A stretch of 64,000 bases of DNA, from positions 15,998,001-16,062,000 of the forward strand of contig CM059432.1 in the NCBI GenBank assembly GCA_030390025.1, read 5' to 3'. The notes beneath the pieces were generated by a model. The model was not told the DNA's origin. It worked only from the letters and a program-made list of their open reading frames with translations, and made no database searches. This DNA is from Squalus acanthias (lineage: Eukaryota). This document shows, piece after piece, positions 37,025-47,999 of the stretch. The position numbers and the translations under genes were made by a program. The first letter of the stretch is position 1. Each line of letters opens with the position of its first letter.

Positions 37025-37690
37025 GGCCTAAAAATTCGGTTGCTTTGCGCCTCCCGTTAGTTCCCTAAGAGGGCGTTAACAGGACGCAAAGCAACTACCG
37101 CCCGGGCGCGGCGCCGCCAGCGCCTCCCGCGAAATTCAGCGGGAGGTTAGCGGCGGCGGTAACTGTTAACGCCCCACGGCGCTGCGCCACCGGCGATGAC
37201 GTCATCGCCGTGTGCAGCGCCCCGGCCGCGATCTTCGGTGGTGCCCCCTGACTTAGCACCGGATGCTAGTCCGACGGGGTCAGGGGGGCCTACCTGCGGC
37301 CGGGGCGACACTAATTAAAGGAGAGGTGCTGGGCGGCCATTTTTGTTGCTAGCCGCCTGCCAGCACCTGCCCCTTTTGCCGTCCCCGACCTCCTGACCAG
37401 CACCCCCCCCCGCCCCCCCGCGGAGTGCCGGCTGCGCTCCGTGAGCCCGGCACTTCTTTTGCTAGCTGGGCTCCGGGTTGTGCTGCGCAAGGCCCCTCCC
37501 CTTTAATATCGCGATATTCACTCGCAGCGCCCCAAGAGGAAGGCGGGGCACTTCCAGCAGCGCCCCCACTTCCCACTTGGGGCACTACCGGTGAATTTCG
37601 GCCGCAGGGGCACTAATTTCTTCAGGGCGCTAAAAGTAGCGCCCCGGCGAAGTTAGCGCCTCAAAGGGGGCGCGACTCAATTTTTCCCCC
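37025..37690. mobile_element. CpG-rich Harbinger-type MITE
   Basis: Left end ggcctaaaaattcgg (as in 58821 and 13216), right end caatttttccccc, flanked by ctt on both sides. Confidence 0.65.
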
Positions 37691-37755
37691 CTTATGTTTG
37701 CTGAGCTTAGTTTCACAGGCAGCAGCAGATCTCGTTCTTCAGCAGTGAGTGGTGC

Positions 37756-38174
37756 TTGTGGATTCAAGTCCCACTCCAGAGACTTGAGCACAAAAATCTA
37801 GGCTGACACTCCGGTGCAGTGCTGAGGGAGTGCTGCACTGTCGGAGGTGCCGTCTTTCAGATGAGACGTTAAACCGAGGCCCCGTCTGCTCTCTCTCAAG
37901 TGGATGTTAAAGATCCCAAGGCACAATTCGAAGAAGAGCAGTGGCGTTCGCCCTGGTGTCCTGGCCAATATTCATCCCTGAACCAACGCCACTAAAAACA
38001 GATTATCTGGTCATTTATCACGTTGCTGTTTGTGGGAGCTTGCTGTGCGCAATTGGCTGCCGCGTTTCCTACATTACAACAGTGACTGCACTCCAAAAGT
38101 ACTTCATTGGCTGTAAAGCGCTTTGGGACGTCCCGAGGTCATGAAAGGCGCTATATAAATGCAAGTCTTTCTTT
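37756..38174 (+). mobile_element. DeuSINE abutting the splice donor of the 218-bp exon
   Basis: Family match; its tail ends 8 nt from the exon boundary. Confidence 0.88.
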
Positions 38175-38182
38175 GTACTTAC

Positions 38183-38400
38183 CGGAGAGTCAGTGACACC
38201 AAACACGTCTCGAACGTCTCGGACTGGCTGCTTGTTCTTTCTCCTCGTGGTTTGGGTGTAGGTGTCCAGCCGGCGCTGGACCGCTGCGGCCTGAGCCCGG
38301 GTCAGCGTGGACAGCAGAGCCATCCCGTCCTCTCCGGCAGCGCCCGAGACAAGGGTAGACAAGCCCACCTCCTGCAGCCACTCTGCTTCCATTTCTCCCT
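38183..38400 (-). CDS. ARHGAP28: ARHGAP28 coding exon (218 bp, phase 1 to 0)
   Basis: tgccttccag|AGGGAGAA...TCTCCG|gtaagt. Encodes EGEMEAEWLQEVGLSTLVSGAAGEDGMALLSTLTRAQAAAVQRRLDTYTQTTRRKNKQPVRDVRDVFGVTDSP, closest to recalled ARHGAP28 (EGELEAEWLQDVGLSTLISG..EDGKALLSTLTRTQAAAVQKR..TYTQT). Confidence 0.93.
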
Positions 38401-38452
38401 CTGGAAGGCAACACAAGGTCGCATTTATTAAGGTGGAAAATTCAACCATCTG

Positions 38453-38774
38453 AGTTTCTTCAACAGCACCTCCCAAACCCTCTTCCACCTAGAAGGACAA
38501 GGGCAGCAGGCGCATGGGAACACCACCACCTCCAGGTTCCCCTCTAAGTCACACACCATCCTGACTTGGAAATATATCGCCAATCCTTCATCGTCGCTGG
38601 GTCAAAATCCTGGAACTCGCCTACCCCTAACAGCACTGTGGGAGCACCTTCACCACACGGACTGCAGCGGTTCAAGAAGGCGGCTCACCACCACCTTCTC
38701 AATGGCAATTAGGGATGGGCAATAAATGCTGGCCGTGCCAGCGAAGCCCACATCTCACGAACAAATTAAAAAAA
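38453..38774 (+). mobile_element. LINE family B 3' end
   Basis: Matches 8720-9034 and 60270-60552. Confidence 0.82.
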
Positions 38775-40467
38775 GAGGCCGAGCAAAGAAATAAAAGAGA
38801 ATCTTCGAAATACACATTCATTGTAAAACATTCAAATGTCCTACTTGTGAGGGACGCTGTACAAACACAAGCTGTTTTTTCCAGTGACCCTGCTGCAAAA
38901 TGTGTGTGCGATGTGCGTCAGTGTGAGCGAGTGTGTGCGTGAGTACGTGGCCGTACACATCAGGTGAGGGAAGGGTTGAGCTTGGCTGTGATGCCCCTTC
39001 ATAATTGAATAGCCACAGATTCACAAATGAAGAATGGGCACTTCTTCTGTGGATCCTGTGGATTCTCATGTATCCCATCATGAATCAGGGTCTTCAGGAG
39101 AGAGGGGGAGAAAATTGGGGGGGGGGCAATGATGTACGTACTAAGCAAACAAGCTCCAGTAAAGGAGCTTAGAGCTCAAATGGTATCTGGGGAAACACTA
39201 CCTCACAACCAGCTCACAGGTCCATCTGCCTTCCCCTGATACTTTAATGGTTCTCATGAATGTTCCCACTTACCCTGTGCGACTAATGCCAACAACAACT
39301 TGTAACCACTCCAGTTCAAGATAATACAGCTGAACTGGTATGGACAAGCAGACCCATTGAACCTTCAACAGGTACTTAGTGGCTACTTGCATTGGACAAC
39401 ACCCTCTTGAAAAGTATTAACTTCCGCCTACAGCCAGTCATGTCTGTTGATACATTCCAGATACAGTATTGGCTAATGTTTAAACTTCAATTTGTTTTAT
39501 GTCCATTATGCGGATTTATCATAATGAATCAGAGGGCAGAATTCTCGTCTTTCCCTGGAGAGGCTGCCGTATGCTGCTGCAGATGTGGACAATCCTACAT
39601 TGCCTAACCCAAGCAGCCATCCTTCACATTGTACCTAAACAGCAAGAAGCAACAGGATTTCCAACCATCAAAGACTTACCTGACATCCGCATACACACAG
39701 CTTCCATCAGAAGTCAATGGATGGCAACCAGGCAGTGCAATTGGTCGAGGCTCCCTTGGTACATGGGCCAGTTGTACAGCTCCTACCATTACATCGAGTG
39801 TGCAGCACAGAAACAGGCCATTCGGCCCAACTGGTCCGTGCCGGTGTTTATGCTCCACTCGAGCCTCCTCCCAGCATATCCTTCTATTCCTTTCTCCTCC
39901 CCTCATGTGCTGATCCAGCTTTCCCTGAAATGTGTTGTGCCGAGGCGGAGATTAACTAGCTCAGCACAGAAGAGAAGAGAAGTCGAAATTGGCACCTTTG
40001 CGACCTGCATTCGTGATACAGCGTGCAGCACATTAACTCAGTGGAGCTCCTGAGAGAACTTAAGAGAGCAGAATACCATATAACATTCGCAGTGATGCAC
40101 AAACAGATTGATACCACATTTTACAAGGGTGGGTGGTATACACAATGAGTGCTCAGGGTGGAGTGGAGGCACACGAACTTTCAATTCAAAATTGCACATT
40201 ACAGCCAGTGAGCTAGCTCCAGCCATTAGTAATCCACACCCACCCCCCCCATTATAATTGAAGAATGTGACAGAAACTTATGCAAATGACCCTAAAAATA
40301 CTTAACGCTGCAGCACCAATTAGTGCTTCACTACAGCAGCAGTTACAGGGTGCAATATAACTGCAGTTTGAAATATGGGATAGTCACGAGTGCCTGCTGC
40401 CCCTGAACTTAGTACTTCATTTCTATGCATTGCAGAATAAAACATAGAGGACGTACAGCGGTAATGT

Positions 40468-40937
40468 CTTCTTCTTAGGCAGTCCCTCGGAACCGAGGAT
40501 GACGTAAACGGGGTTGTCCATGAGGGTCCTGACGTTCATGAGGGTCCAGGTCCCGAACTTCATTTTAAAGGAGTCGCACAACACCAGGTTATAGTCCAAC
40601 AGTTTTATTTGAAATCACAAGCTTTCGGAGCTGCTGCCCCTTCGTCACCAAGCTCCGAAAGCTTGTGATTTCAAATAAAACTGTTGGACTATAACCTGGT
40701 GTTGTGCGACTTCTCACTTTTGTCCACCCCAGTCCAACACCGGCATCTCCGCATCATTTTAAAGGGTGGAAGATGCCTGTGCGTGAATTCTTTTATCGTG
40801 GGGTGGCCGTTGCACACCAGCTACCACACGGGCTTGACAGAGTAAGGTCTTGGTCCAATGGCAAGGGGATCCAAGACGATTGGAGACCAGGCTCTGCTAC
40901 ATCGGCCTAGCACACACACACAAACACACTCCTACTG
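40468..40937 (-). mobile_element. Bipartite (5' UTR plus 3' end) RTE-derived non-autonomous retroposon with 10-bp TSD
   Basis: TSD gcggtaatgt (40458-40467, 40938-40947). With the nested insert removed, the minus strand reads MKFGTW(TLM)NVRTLMDNP, the APE start motif, then jumps to the 3' end ...gactgcctaagaagaag. Confidence 0.78.
40572..40753. mobile_element. Penelope-like insertion forming a perfect 61-bp inverted repeat, 12-bp TSD
   Basis: Arms 40572-40632 and 40651-40711 are exact reverse complements; TSD tcattttaaagg at 40560-40571 and 40754-40765. Confidence 0.82.
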
Positions 40938-41226
40938 GCGGTAATGTGACGCATAGTTCACACCAATAGATAGCTCAGGCTTTGCACTGCGTTCGTGATG
41001 CTACCTAAAGGGCCTTGGTATTTTACTGTCCTGTAACACCTTACTATCTATAGGTCAAATCTGTGCAATGTGTGTTCCAATTCTAGTTGCGGTTACATAA
41101 TGGCCACATATGTGGTGTGCAAAACAGCTTTGCTTTCCGAATTATCAGGCCTTTTTTTTGCTGATGGTTAAATATCACATCTCACTGGTGATCACTAGGA
41201 GGCCCACCATCACTCCCAGAACTCAC

Positions 41227-41423
41227 CATCCGGTGTCTTGACTTCCACTAGGTTCTGTTCCTCTTGTCCATTCTGTCTGCTCTCCTTAATGCTCCTCACT
41301 TCACTCCAGAAGTCCTCCATCGAGGAGCTCTCCACAGATTCCCGAGATATGGAACGACCAAATACCTGTGAACACTGTAGCTCTCGTGAAACAGATGAGC
41401 TCATCCTTCTGAACCGTAGCTTC
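41227..41423 (-). CDS. ARHGAP28: Rho GTPase-activating protein 28, internal coding exon (probable exon 2; 197 bp, phase 2 to 1)
   Basis: Minus strand ttttctctgcag|GAAGCTA...CCGGATG|gtgagt. Encodes KLRFRRMSSSVSRELQCSQVFGRSISRESVESSSMEDFWSEVRSIKESRQNGQEEQNLVEVKTPD, matching the ARHGAP28/18 N-terminal SMEDFW..I..IK motif. Confidence 0.9.
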
Positions 41424-42537
41424 CTGCAGAGAAAATAAACAAGCCTTTTAACAGAAGCCTTGACTTTATTCACTACCACCTACAGCACTGCAGAGAATCT
41501 CTCACAGCTGGTGCCCGCCCACTGGGTCGAAATCCAAACAGACCCATGTATATCTGATTCACGGATTAGCAGGGTACGAGACGACCTTTTTAATTTCGCA
41601 TGAAGAAATTTCTTACGATTTTTTCCTCAGAAGCAGGTTTTAGCGCCACAAACCCCCACACTGCAAGGTCTCAGTCTCTTCTGGGGAACTGCAAAAGGTG
41701 CTTCCCTTGAGCAGAGAACAATCACGACAGAAAATCAACCCACATCACACTCAGCATGAACCCTGTAGCCAGCAGCGGCAAAGTCCTAGAAGCAGACTGC
41801 CTGACCACCCCTTAAATCAGCGGAGAGAGATGCACAGCAGGGAGGGTCCTTGAAGGAGAGAATGGAAAACTAATCAAATAAGCACAGGAAACTTTGAAAT
41901 GGAGCACGTATTGAAAGGTATGTCGATCGTCCTTTTACTAGATTTGAAGTACAGCCCAGAGTGGCTGACAGGAGGATATGGTCACTTGATATAACCCATG
42001 AGTTATAGGAGTTTCTTCAGACACTGAGCAGTCATGAGGTTCAGATCTCAGCAGTGGTAATGCTTGATCCATCAGCTATAGAATTCCCTAAGCTCATCTC
42101 CAGGTGTAATGTTGGGGAGTAGCCTCAGAGGAAGTCAGTCAGCCTCCTTTACCTAAGAGCAGCAGCGACATCATAAAGAAGTCCTTGCTCTGTTAATTCA
42201 CCCTCCCAGCCCAAAACTAAGATGTCAGAAGACAAGAAACTAGGATAAAAGAAAGAGAGAAAATGTACATCTAAAGAATGAAGAAACAATTATTTTTTTT
42301 TTAGGAAAATAGAGAGATACTTGCCTCCTTCAAATCTCTATCAGAATGTGATACCCTCTCAGTTCTGCTCCTCCCAGAAGTAACATTCTATGTCCTGACC
42401 AAAATGTCCGGCTGCAGTATTTATAGTTTTGAATGACAACAGCTGAGGCTGCCATTTATATGCCCGTCAAAGTGACGGTGGCAAAAAACATCACTCAACG
42501 TCTGCTGTTAACGTACTGACATGTGTAATGGTTTGTT

Positions 42538-42630
42538 GAACATAAGAACATAAGAACATAAGAAATAGGAGCAGGAGTAGGCCAATCGGCCCCTCGAGCC
42601 TGCTCCGCCATTCAATAAGATCATGGCTCA
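42538..42630 (-). mobile_element. CR1 extreme 3' tail
   Basis: (aacataag)x3 terminal repeat followed by aaataggagcaggagtaggcc. Confidence 0.8.
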
Positions 42631-43782
42631 TTGGGATTCTGCGTCAGTGAGGGAGATAGACATAGACTACGTCGGGTTAGATTACAAAGCTGCATACAGC
42701 GACTCGGGATTAAAGTAACTGGTTGACAAAGATTCTTAATAGAAACAAGTTACTGAGAGTGAACGGAGATAAATTGTTAGGTGGGAAACTATTCGCAAAA
42801 CCCACCAAACCCCGCAACAGCGGATGCCACAGCTTCTGTCTTTCTGTGAGGGAATCCACCTGGAGTTGCTCCCTTCCTCTCTCGAATGCAGTGATTCATG
42901 CCGAGGTACAGCTCAACAGGGAACCACAGTCTTCAGCTACCTTGCTAAAAATATTCATTCTTCATGTACCGACAGTCTGTTAATTAATGGGACCATCACG
43001 ATCAAGCTTGGTCCTGTTCTCAACCAGCAGCTGCACCCAATGCTAATGCAACGCCTCAAAATCCTCCCTCTATCGCTCTTACTCTAAATTACGCATCACA
43101 AAAATCAGCTGTGACACAGGAGAGCTTGGAGTTTAATTATTTAATAAAGTGATTTCAGTAACTTTTTTCAACTCAACACAGAGCATGGCGCATCGGCTTC
43201 CAGTGACGGACACTGCAGTGTGAGGCAGTTTCCCCAGAAGTCCCCACTCATTATCCTGGCCACGGGTAGTTTATTTTGCTGGGGTTCTTTTGCTGGCACA
43301 CGCACCAGTCTGTAGCAAGAAAACCACTGAAACAATTAAACTGTTAGATCTTTTCATTCAAGACGTTGGATCCAAGAAAAAAACTACCAAGGCAGCAAAA
43401 CGGTGTAGTATGCAGGACATGTTTGTTATCCATAACATTTGCAACCTACTGCTTATCTTTCTCTCATTTTTGATTTTCGCTCCTCCTTGGGTGCTCAATT
43501 GATTTGCTAGTCTTCTTGCAGTTAAATACAGCTAAAATAATGAGAACCTATGAGGTAGATTTTCCTCCCAAGTGCGCCCACCAATCTCTTACCTTTGATT
43601 TGATATTTCTGTCTCTCTCCCCCTTTCCTCTCCCTCCCTTTACTGTCTGTACATTTTGCTGCCTTCTCTCTGCCCACTTTTCTGTCACTTGCTACCTTTT
43701 TTTATTACTGCCTTTTCTCTTTATCCCTTTGTCATCGCCACTCTTCCCACCTTTTCTATCGATCTCTTTGCTGCCTCCTTGA

Positions 43783-43945
43783 CAGATTATCTGGTCATTT
43801 CACATTGCTGTTTGTGGGAGCTTGGTTGTCGCGTTTCTTATATCACAACGGTGACTACACTCCAAAAGTACTTCATAGGCTGTAAAGCGCTTTGGGCCGT
43901 TCGGTGGTCTTGAAAGGCGCTATATAAATGCAAGTCTTTCTTCCT
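43783..43945 (+). mobile_element. DeuSINE 3' fragment (others at about 52855-53000 + and 57420-57520 -)
   Basis: cagattatctggtcat...ggcgctatataaatgcaagtctttc. Confidence 0.8.
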
Positions 43946-44825
43946 TTCTCCTCTTTCCCCAACTTCTCGATCTGACCCTTTGCTCATTAGGCACCAAACG
44001 TTAAATTATTTTGTTTGACACTGCACATCATTTGTTCCAATTGTTGCGCCTCACTTCCTGAAGACGCTGGTTCGTCGCAGGCTACGGCTCCATGGGCTAC
44101 AGCTGCCTTCCGGTACCTCATTCCTAGTGTCCACTCTTCACTAGTGAGCCTAGACATTGAGTGTTGGCAGGCTATTTTAGCAATGGGTCATCACAGCAAA
44201 ACCTGGTCCTGCCCTCACCCCACAACCACACATACAGTGAGTGTCCAGAAGGAGCACAAACTCTGGCCGATTTCATTTCCACTCTCTGATCTAAGGGCAC
44301 CGAGGGAAGTGTAGCACCCCTGTTACCTTCCCACTGATACCAGTTAACCCAGTACAGATTGGGGCTGAACCTGGGATCTTCTGCCTTAGTTCCACACTGG
44401 GCAGGACATCTACCCACTGAGCTCAGGTATGGCAAAGAACAGCTATTAAAAATTATGTTTTTTTTAAAAGAATGTTTTTCTTCTCTTCTGTTGCTCAGAG
44501 TGACTCCTGTAGACGTTTATTCAGGAGCAGTGGCATGCTGCTGCTGCTGCCTCAGTGACAACACGAGCCAAGAACTACAACTGTGTCCTTGTATTGGTGG
44601 GTCAATCAATCATCAGTAAAACTGCCTGACTAGTTATACATTACCAGATGTACGAGTTTCCTTCCCCCTTACTCTGTATGCAAGTGCCACTTGTATGCAA
44701 CTTTGACTACTCTTTACATATCCACATGAAAAATATCCTTTTCTTCCTCTCTTCTCTCACTTCCCTACTCCCCTCATTTCTATTGATCCACCATCTCTGT
44801 CCGCTTTTTTCCTTTCCCTCTCAAG

Positions 44826-45048
44826 ACACACAACATGCTCACAGACACACAACACGCAGATACACAACACACACCATACGCATACATAGACACACAACAC
44901 GCAGACATACCGCACACAGACACAGAACACAACACGCACACAGACATACCGCACACAGACAGCACGTACATACATACCGCACAGACACACAACACACACA
45001 AAGCACACCACATGCACATACATAGACACACAATGCACACATACAGAC
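44826..45048. repeat. Degenerate CA-rich simple repeat
   Basis: Mosaic of acacac/cagacatac/cacaac units; source of the spurious Cys/Val and His/Thr ORFs. Confidence 0.9.
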
Positions 45049-45626
45049 ATGAACAGTCTTTCTCTTCCCCCTTTTTCCCCATCTCTCAGCCTTGGGTTTC
45101 CTGAATTCCGGCGGTCCGAGTGCCCAGCGTGATCTACATTGTGCGATGCAGGCTCAGCACGTGTAAGCTTCTTTTTTGAGGAATAGCTGTTATAAATAGA
45201 AACATTCCCACCAGTTGTTCATTGCAATATTCCAAGAGAAACCAAAGTGACTGCGACAGTCAATAAAAGGGATCCCAGGGACCTTATTAATTATTATAAA
45301 TCATCACAGTCCCCCTGACCAATAGGATTGTGATTTCCTGACCTTGGGAGATATTCGGAGCTGCCTGGAATGCGCGGTCAGTTTCTATGGCAACTCTCAT
45401 TAGATTATAGAGCTCAGAAAATAGTAAAATGGCAACTTTGAGCTTACAAGTCTGTTATAAATTCCTTTAACGTCAAATTATTATTTATTCCCCAAATTTT
45501 TTCGCTCCTGTCTGTGCTGGTCTCTTTCTCGGTAAACGCACTGCATGGTGTGACGCTCAGTTACACAGACCATCACGGTCCAGGTTCGAATCCGTGTGGG
45601 GGCACAACAGTCAGCTTCAATTCCAC

Positions 45627-46197
45627 TCCTCACCGCTAACCCCTCACCCTAACCATCGACCCCTCACCGCTAACCATCGACGCCTCACCGCTAACCATCG
45701 ACGCCTCACCGCTAACCATCGACGCCTCACCACCGACGCCTCACCGCTAACCACTGACCCCTCACCACCGACGCCTCACCGCTAACCACCGACGCCTCAC
45801 CGCTAACCACCGACGCCTCACCGCTAACCACCGACGCCTCACCGCTAACCAGGACTCCTCACCGCTAACCCCTCACCACTAACCAGGACTCCTCACTGCT
45901 AACCACTGACCCCTCACCGCTAACCAGGACTCCTCACTGCTAACCACTGACCCCTCACCGCTAACCAGGACTCCTCACCGCTAACCCCTCACCGCTAACC
46001 AGGACTCCTCACCGCTAACCCCTCACCGCTAACCAGGACTCCTCACCGCTAACCCCTCACCGCTAACCAGGACTCCTCACCGCTAACCCCTCACCGCTAA
46101 CCAGGACTCCTCACCGCTAACCCCTCACCGCTAACCAGGACTCCTCACCGCTAACCACTAACCCCCTCACCAGTGACCCCTCACCGCTAACCAGTGA
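45627..46197. repeat. Minisatellite, core cctcaccgctaacc with variable 0-9 bp spacers, inside a family-C SINE
   Basis: About 30 copies of the core, with spacers atcgacg, accgacg, aggact and actgacc. Confidence 0.92.
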
Positions 46198-46794
46198 CTC
46201 TTGCTGAGAAGTGCACATGTAGTGACTTAGTGAATTAAAATTGCCCTCAGCTGTGATACCCCTCTTTTCAACCCCTCCTCCCCACCATAATCAAATAGCC
46301 TGCAGACACCGGTTTATGCTGACACATAAAGAATGGCCAGTTGGCTAATGGAGGACAGGTGTCCATGGAACTATGTCCCAGCAAGAGTCGGCACCTTCAT
46401 TTCTCTCCTTCTTGAATCTTGTGTTAGAAACTAGGAGAGAGTGGCAGCACCAATATTAATTTATTCTGTAGTTACCCCACACATGTCCATCTTGGAGCCA
46501 GTAAGAGACTGGAATTGCCAACTGCGAGAGGTGCAGTGCGACTATAAATTACACACATGTAGAAAAAGTTCCCTCATGTTGTGGAAAAGTCCTGTTCTCC
46601 TTCGGTTGTGTATGAACTTTCCTGCCATTTTTGGAGGATGATGAAAAGTGCACCGGTGTGAAAGTGAGTCATAAAAATATTTGAATTTGGACATTAAAGT
46701 ATATCTAATCGACACAGTTTCTTGACACAGAAAGGTATAGTCCTAGTCCTCCAAAACTCGGCCCCCATTTTTTCGGACGGCAGCTGTTGCTGAT

Positions 46795-47100
46795 GATTCT
46801 GCCATTCCCATTTACACCTCCTCCAGACCCATCTTTTGTTTCTTTAATTGTCCCATTATCATCTCCTTGCACCATCATCCCTTTTGTCATTTAATCTCTC
46901 CTGCCGATCACAGACCTTCCCTTTTGTTCTTTCCTCCCCTCCCCCCTTTCCCTGCCCCTGTACTTGCTTAAAACCTGTTACATCTCTAACTTTTTCCAGT
47001 TCTGACAAAAGGTCATCGACCTGTAACGTGAACTCTGTTTCTCTCTCCACAGATGCTGCCTGACCTGCTGAGTATTTCAAGCATTTTCTGTTTTTATTTC
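46795..47100 (+). mobile_element. Penelope-like pseudo-LTR fragment with a mutated hammerhead core
   Basis: agtt-CTGACAA-aaggtcatcgacct-GTAA-cgtgaact at about 46998-47034. Confidence 0.75.
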
Positions 47101-47264
47101 CTCCATATCTCTTATTTCTTTTGACAGTAGCACCGGTGCACATATATAGACGATAAAATCCCACCCTCAACACCCAGCTGAGCATCCAAACTCTTTCATA
47201 GTATCCTTTACCAGGCTGACAGATGCAGCAATATCACAGCATGCATACAAACATCACACGGGGC

Positions 47265-47919
47265 GGGGGCAACTCTGGGCGCTGGTGTAAAATGGGCGAT
47301 GAGTGTCAGCTGTGGCTCAGTGGGTCGCACCCTCGTCTCCGAGTCAGAAGGTTGTGGATTCAAGTCCCACTCCAGGGACTTGAGCACATAAAGCTAGGCT
47401 GACACTCCAGTACAGTACTGAGGGAGTGCTGCACTGTCGGAGGTGCCATCTTTCAGATGAGACGTTAAACCGAGGCCCCGTCTGCTCTCTCAGGTGGACT
47501 TAAAAGATCCCATGGCACTATTTTGAAGGAGGGCAGGGGAGTTATCCCCGGTGTCCTGGCCAATATTCATCCCTCAATCAACATCACTAAAAAAATAAAT
47601 TATCTGGTCATTATCACATTGCTGTTCGTGGGAGCTTGCTGTGCGCAAATTGGCTGCCGTGTTTCCCACATTACAACAGTGACTACACTTCAAAAAGTAC
47701 TTCATTGGCTGTAAAGCACTTTGAGACGTTCGGTGGTTGTGAAAGGCGCTATATAAATGCAAGTCTTTCTTTCTTATAACAAATTGGCCGTCTATTATAA
47801 GCCACGCCCACTTTCCCTTCCTTTGACTCCGTTAGAAAGGAAAATCGGCTGTAGTGTATAATGGGCGGGTGATTCGATAGTGGCCGTTTTACCCCATCGC
47901 CCAGTGTTAAAATTACCCC
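47265..47919. mobile_element. Palindromic MITE interrupted by a DeuSINE
   Basis: ctgggcgctggtgtaaaatgggc (left) pairs with gccgttttaccccatcgcccag...aaaattacccc (right). Confidence 0.6.
47303..47775 (+). mobile_element. DeuSINE (SacSINE1-like), full length
   Basis: gtgtcagctgtggctcagtggg (A box)...gattcaagtcc (B box)...Deu-domain...tail. Confidence 0.9.
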
Positions 47920-47947
47920 AGGGCGTCAACCTGTTTACAAGTGACCC

Positions 47948-47950
<3 letters not shown>

Positions 47951-47998
<48 letters not shown>
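47951..47998. repeat. (TA)n(CA)n microsatellite (another (TA)n lies at about 2350-2369)
   Basis: Direct observation. Confidence 0.95.

Positions 47999-47999
<1 letters not shown>

Noticed and set aside
39499..40053. 184-aa plus-strand ORF
   Set aside because: Runs through an antisense CR1 tail (about 39800-39930); no domain.
44757..45104. Cys/Val-rich and His/Thr-rich ORFs
   Set aside because: Translations of a CA-rich simple repeat.
45627..46197. Interstitial telomere or CRISPR-like array
   Set aside because: No true (CCCTAA)n run, spacers are short and repeated, the context is eukaryotic, and the unit derives from a SINE.
47303..47375. tRNA genes (A/B boxes here and in other SINE heads)
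   Set aside because: They are heads of multi-copy SINEs and continue into SINE bodies; no complete cloverleaf.
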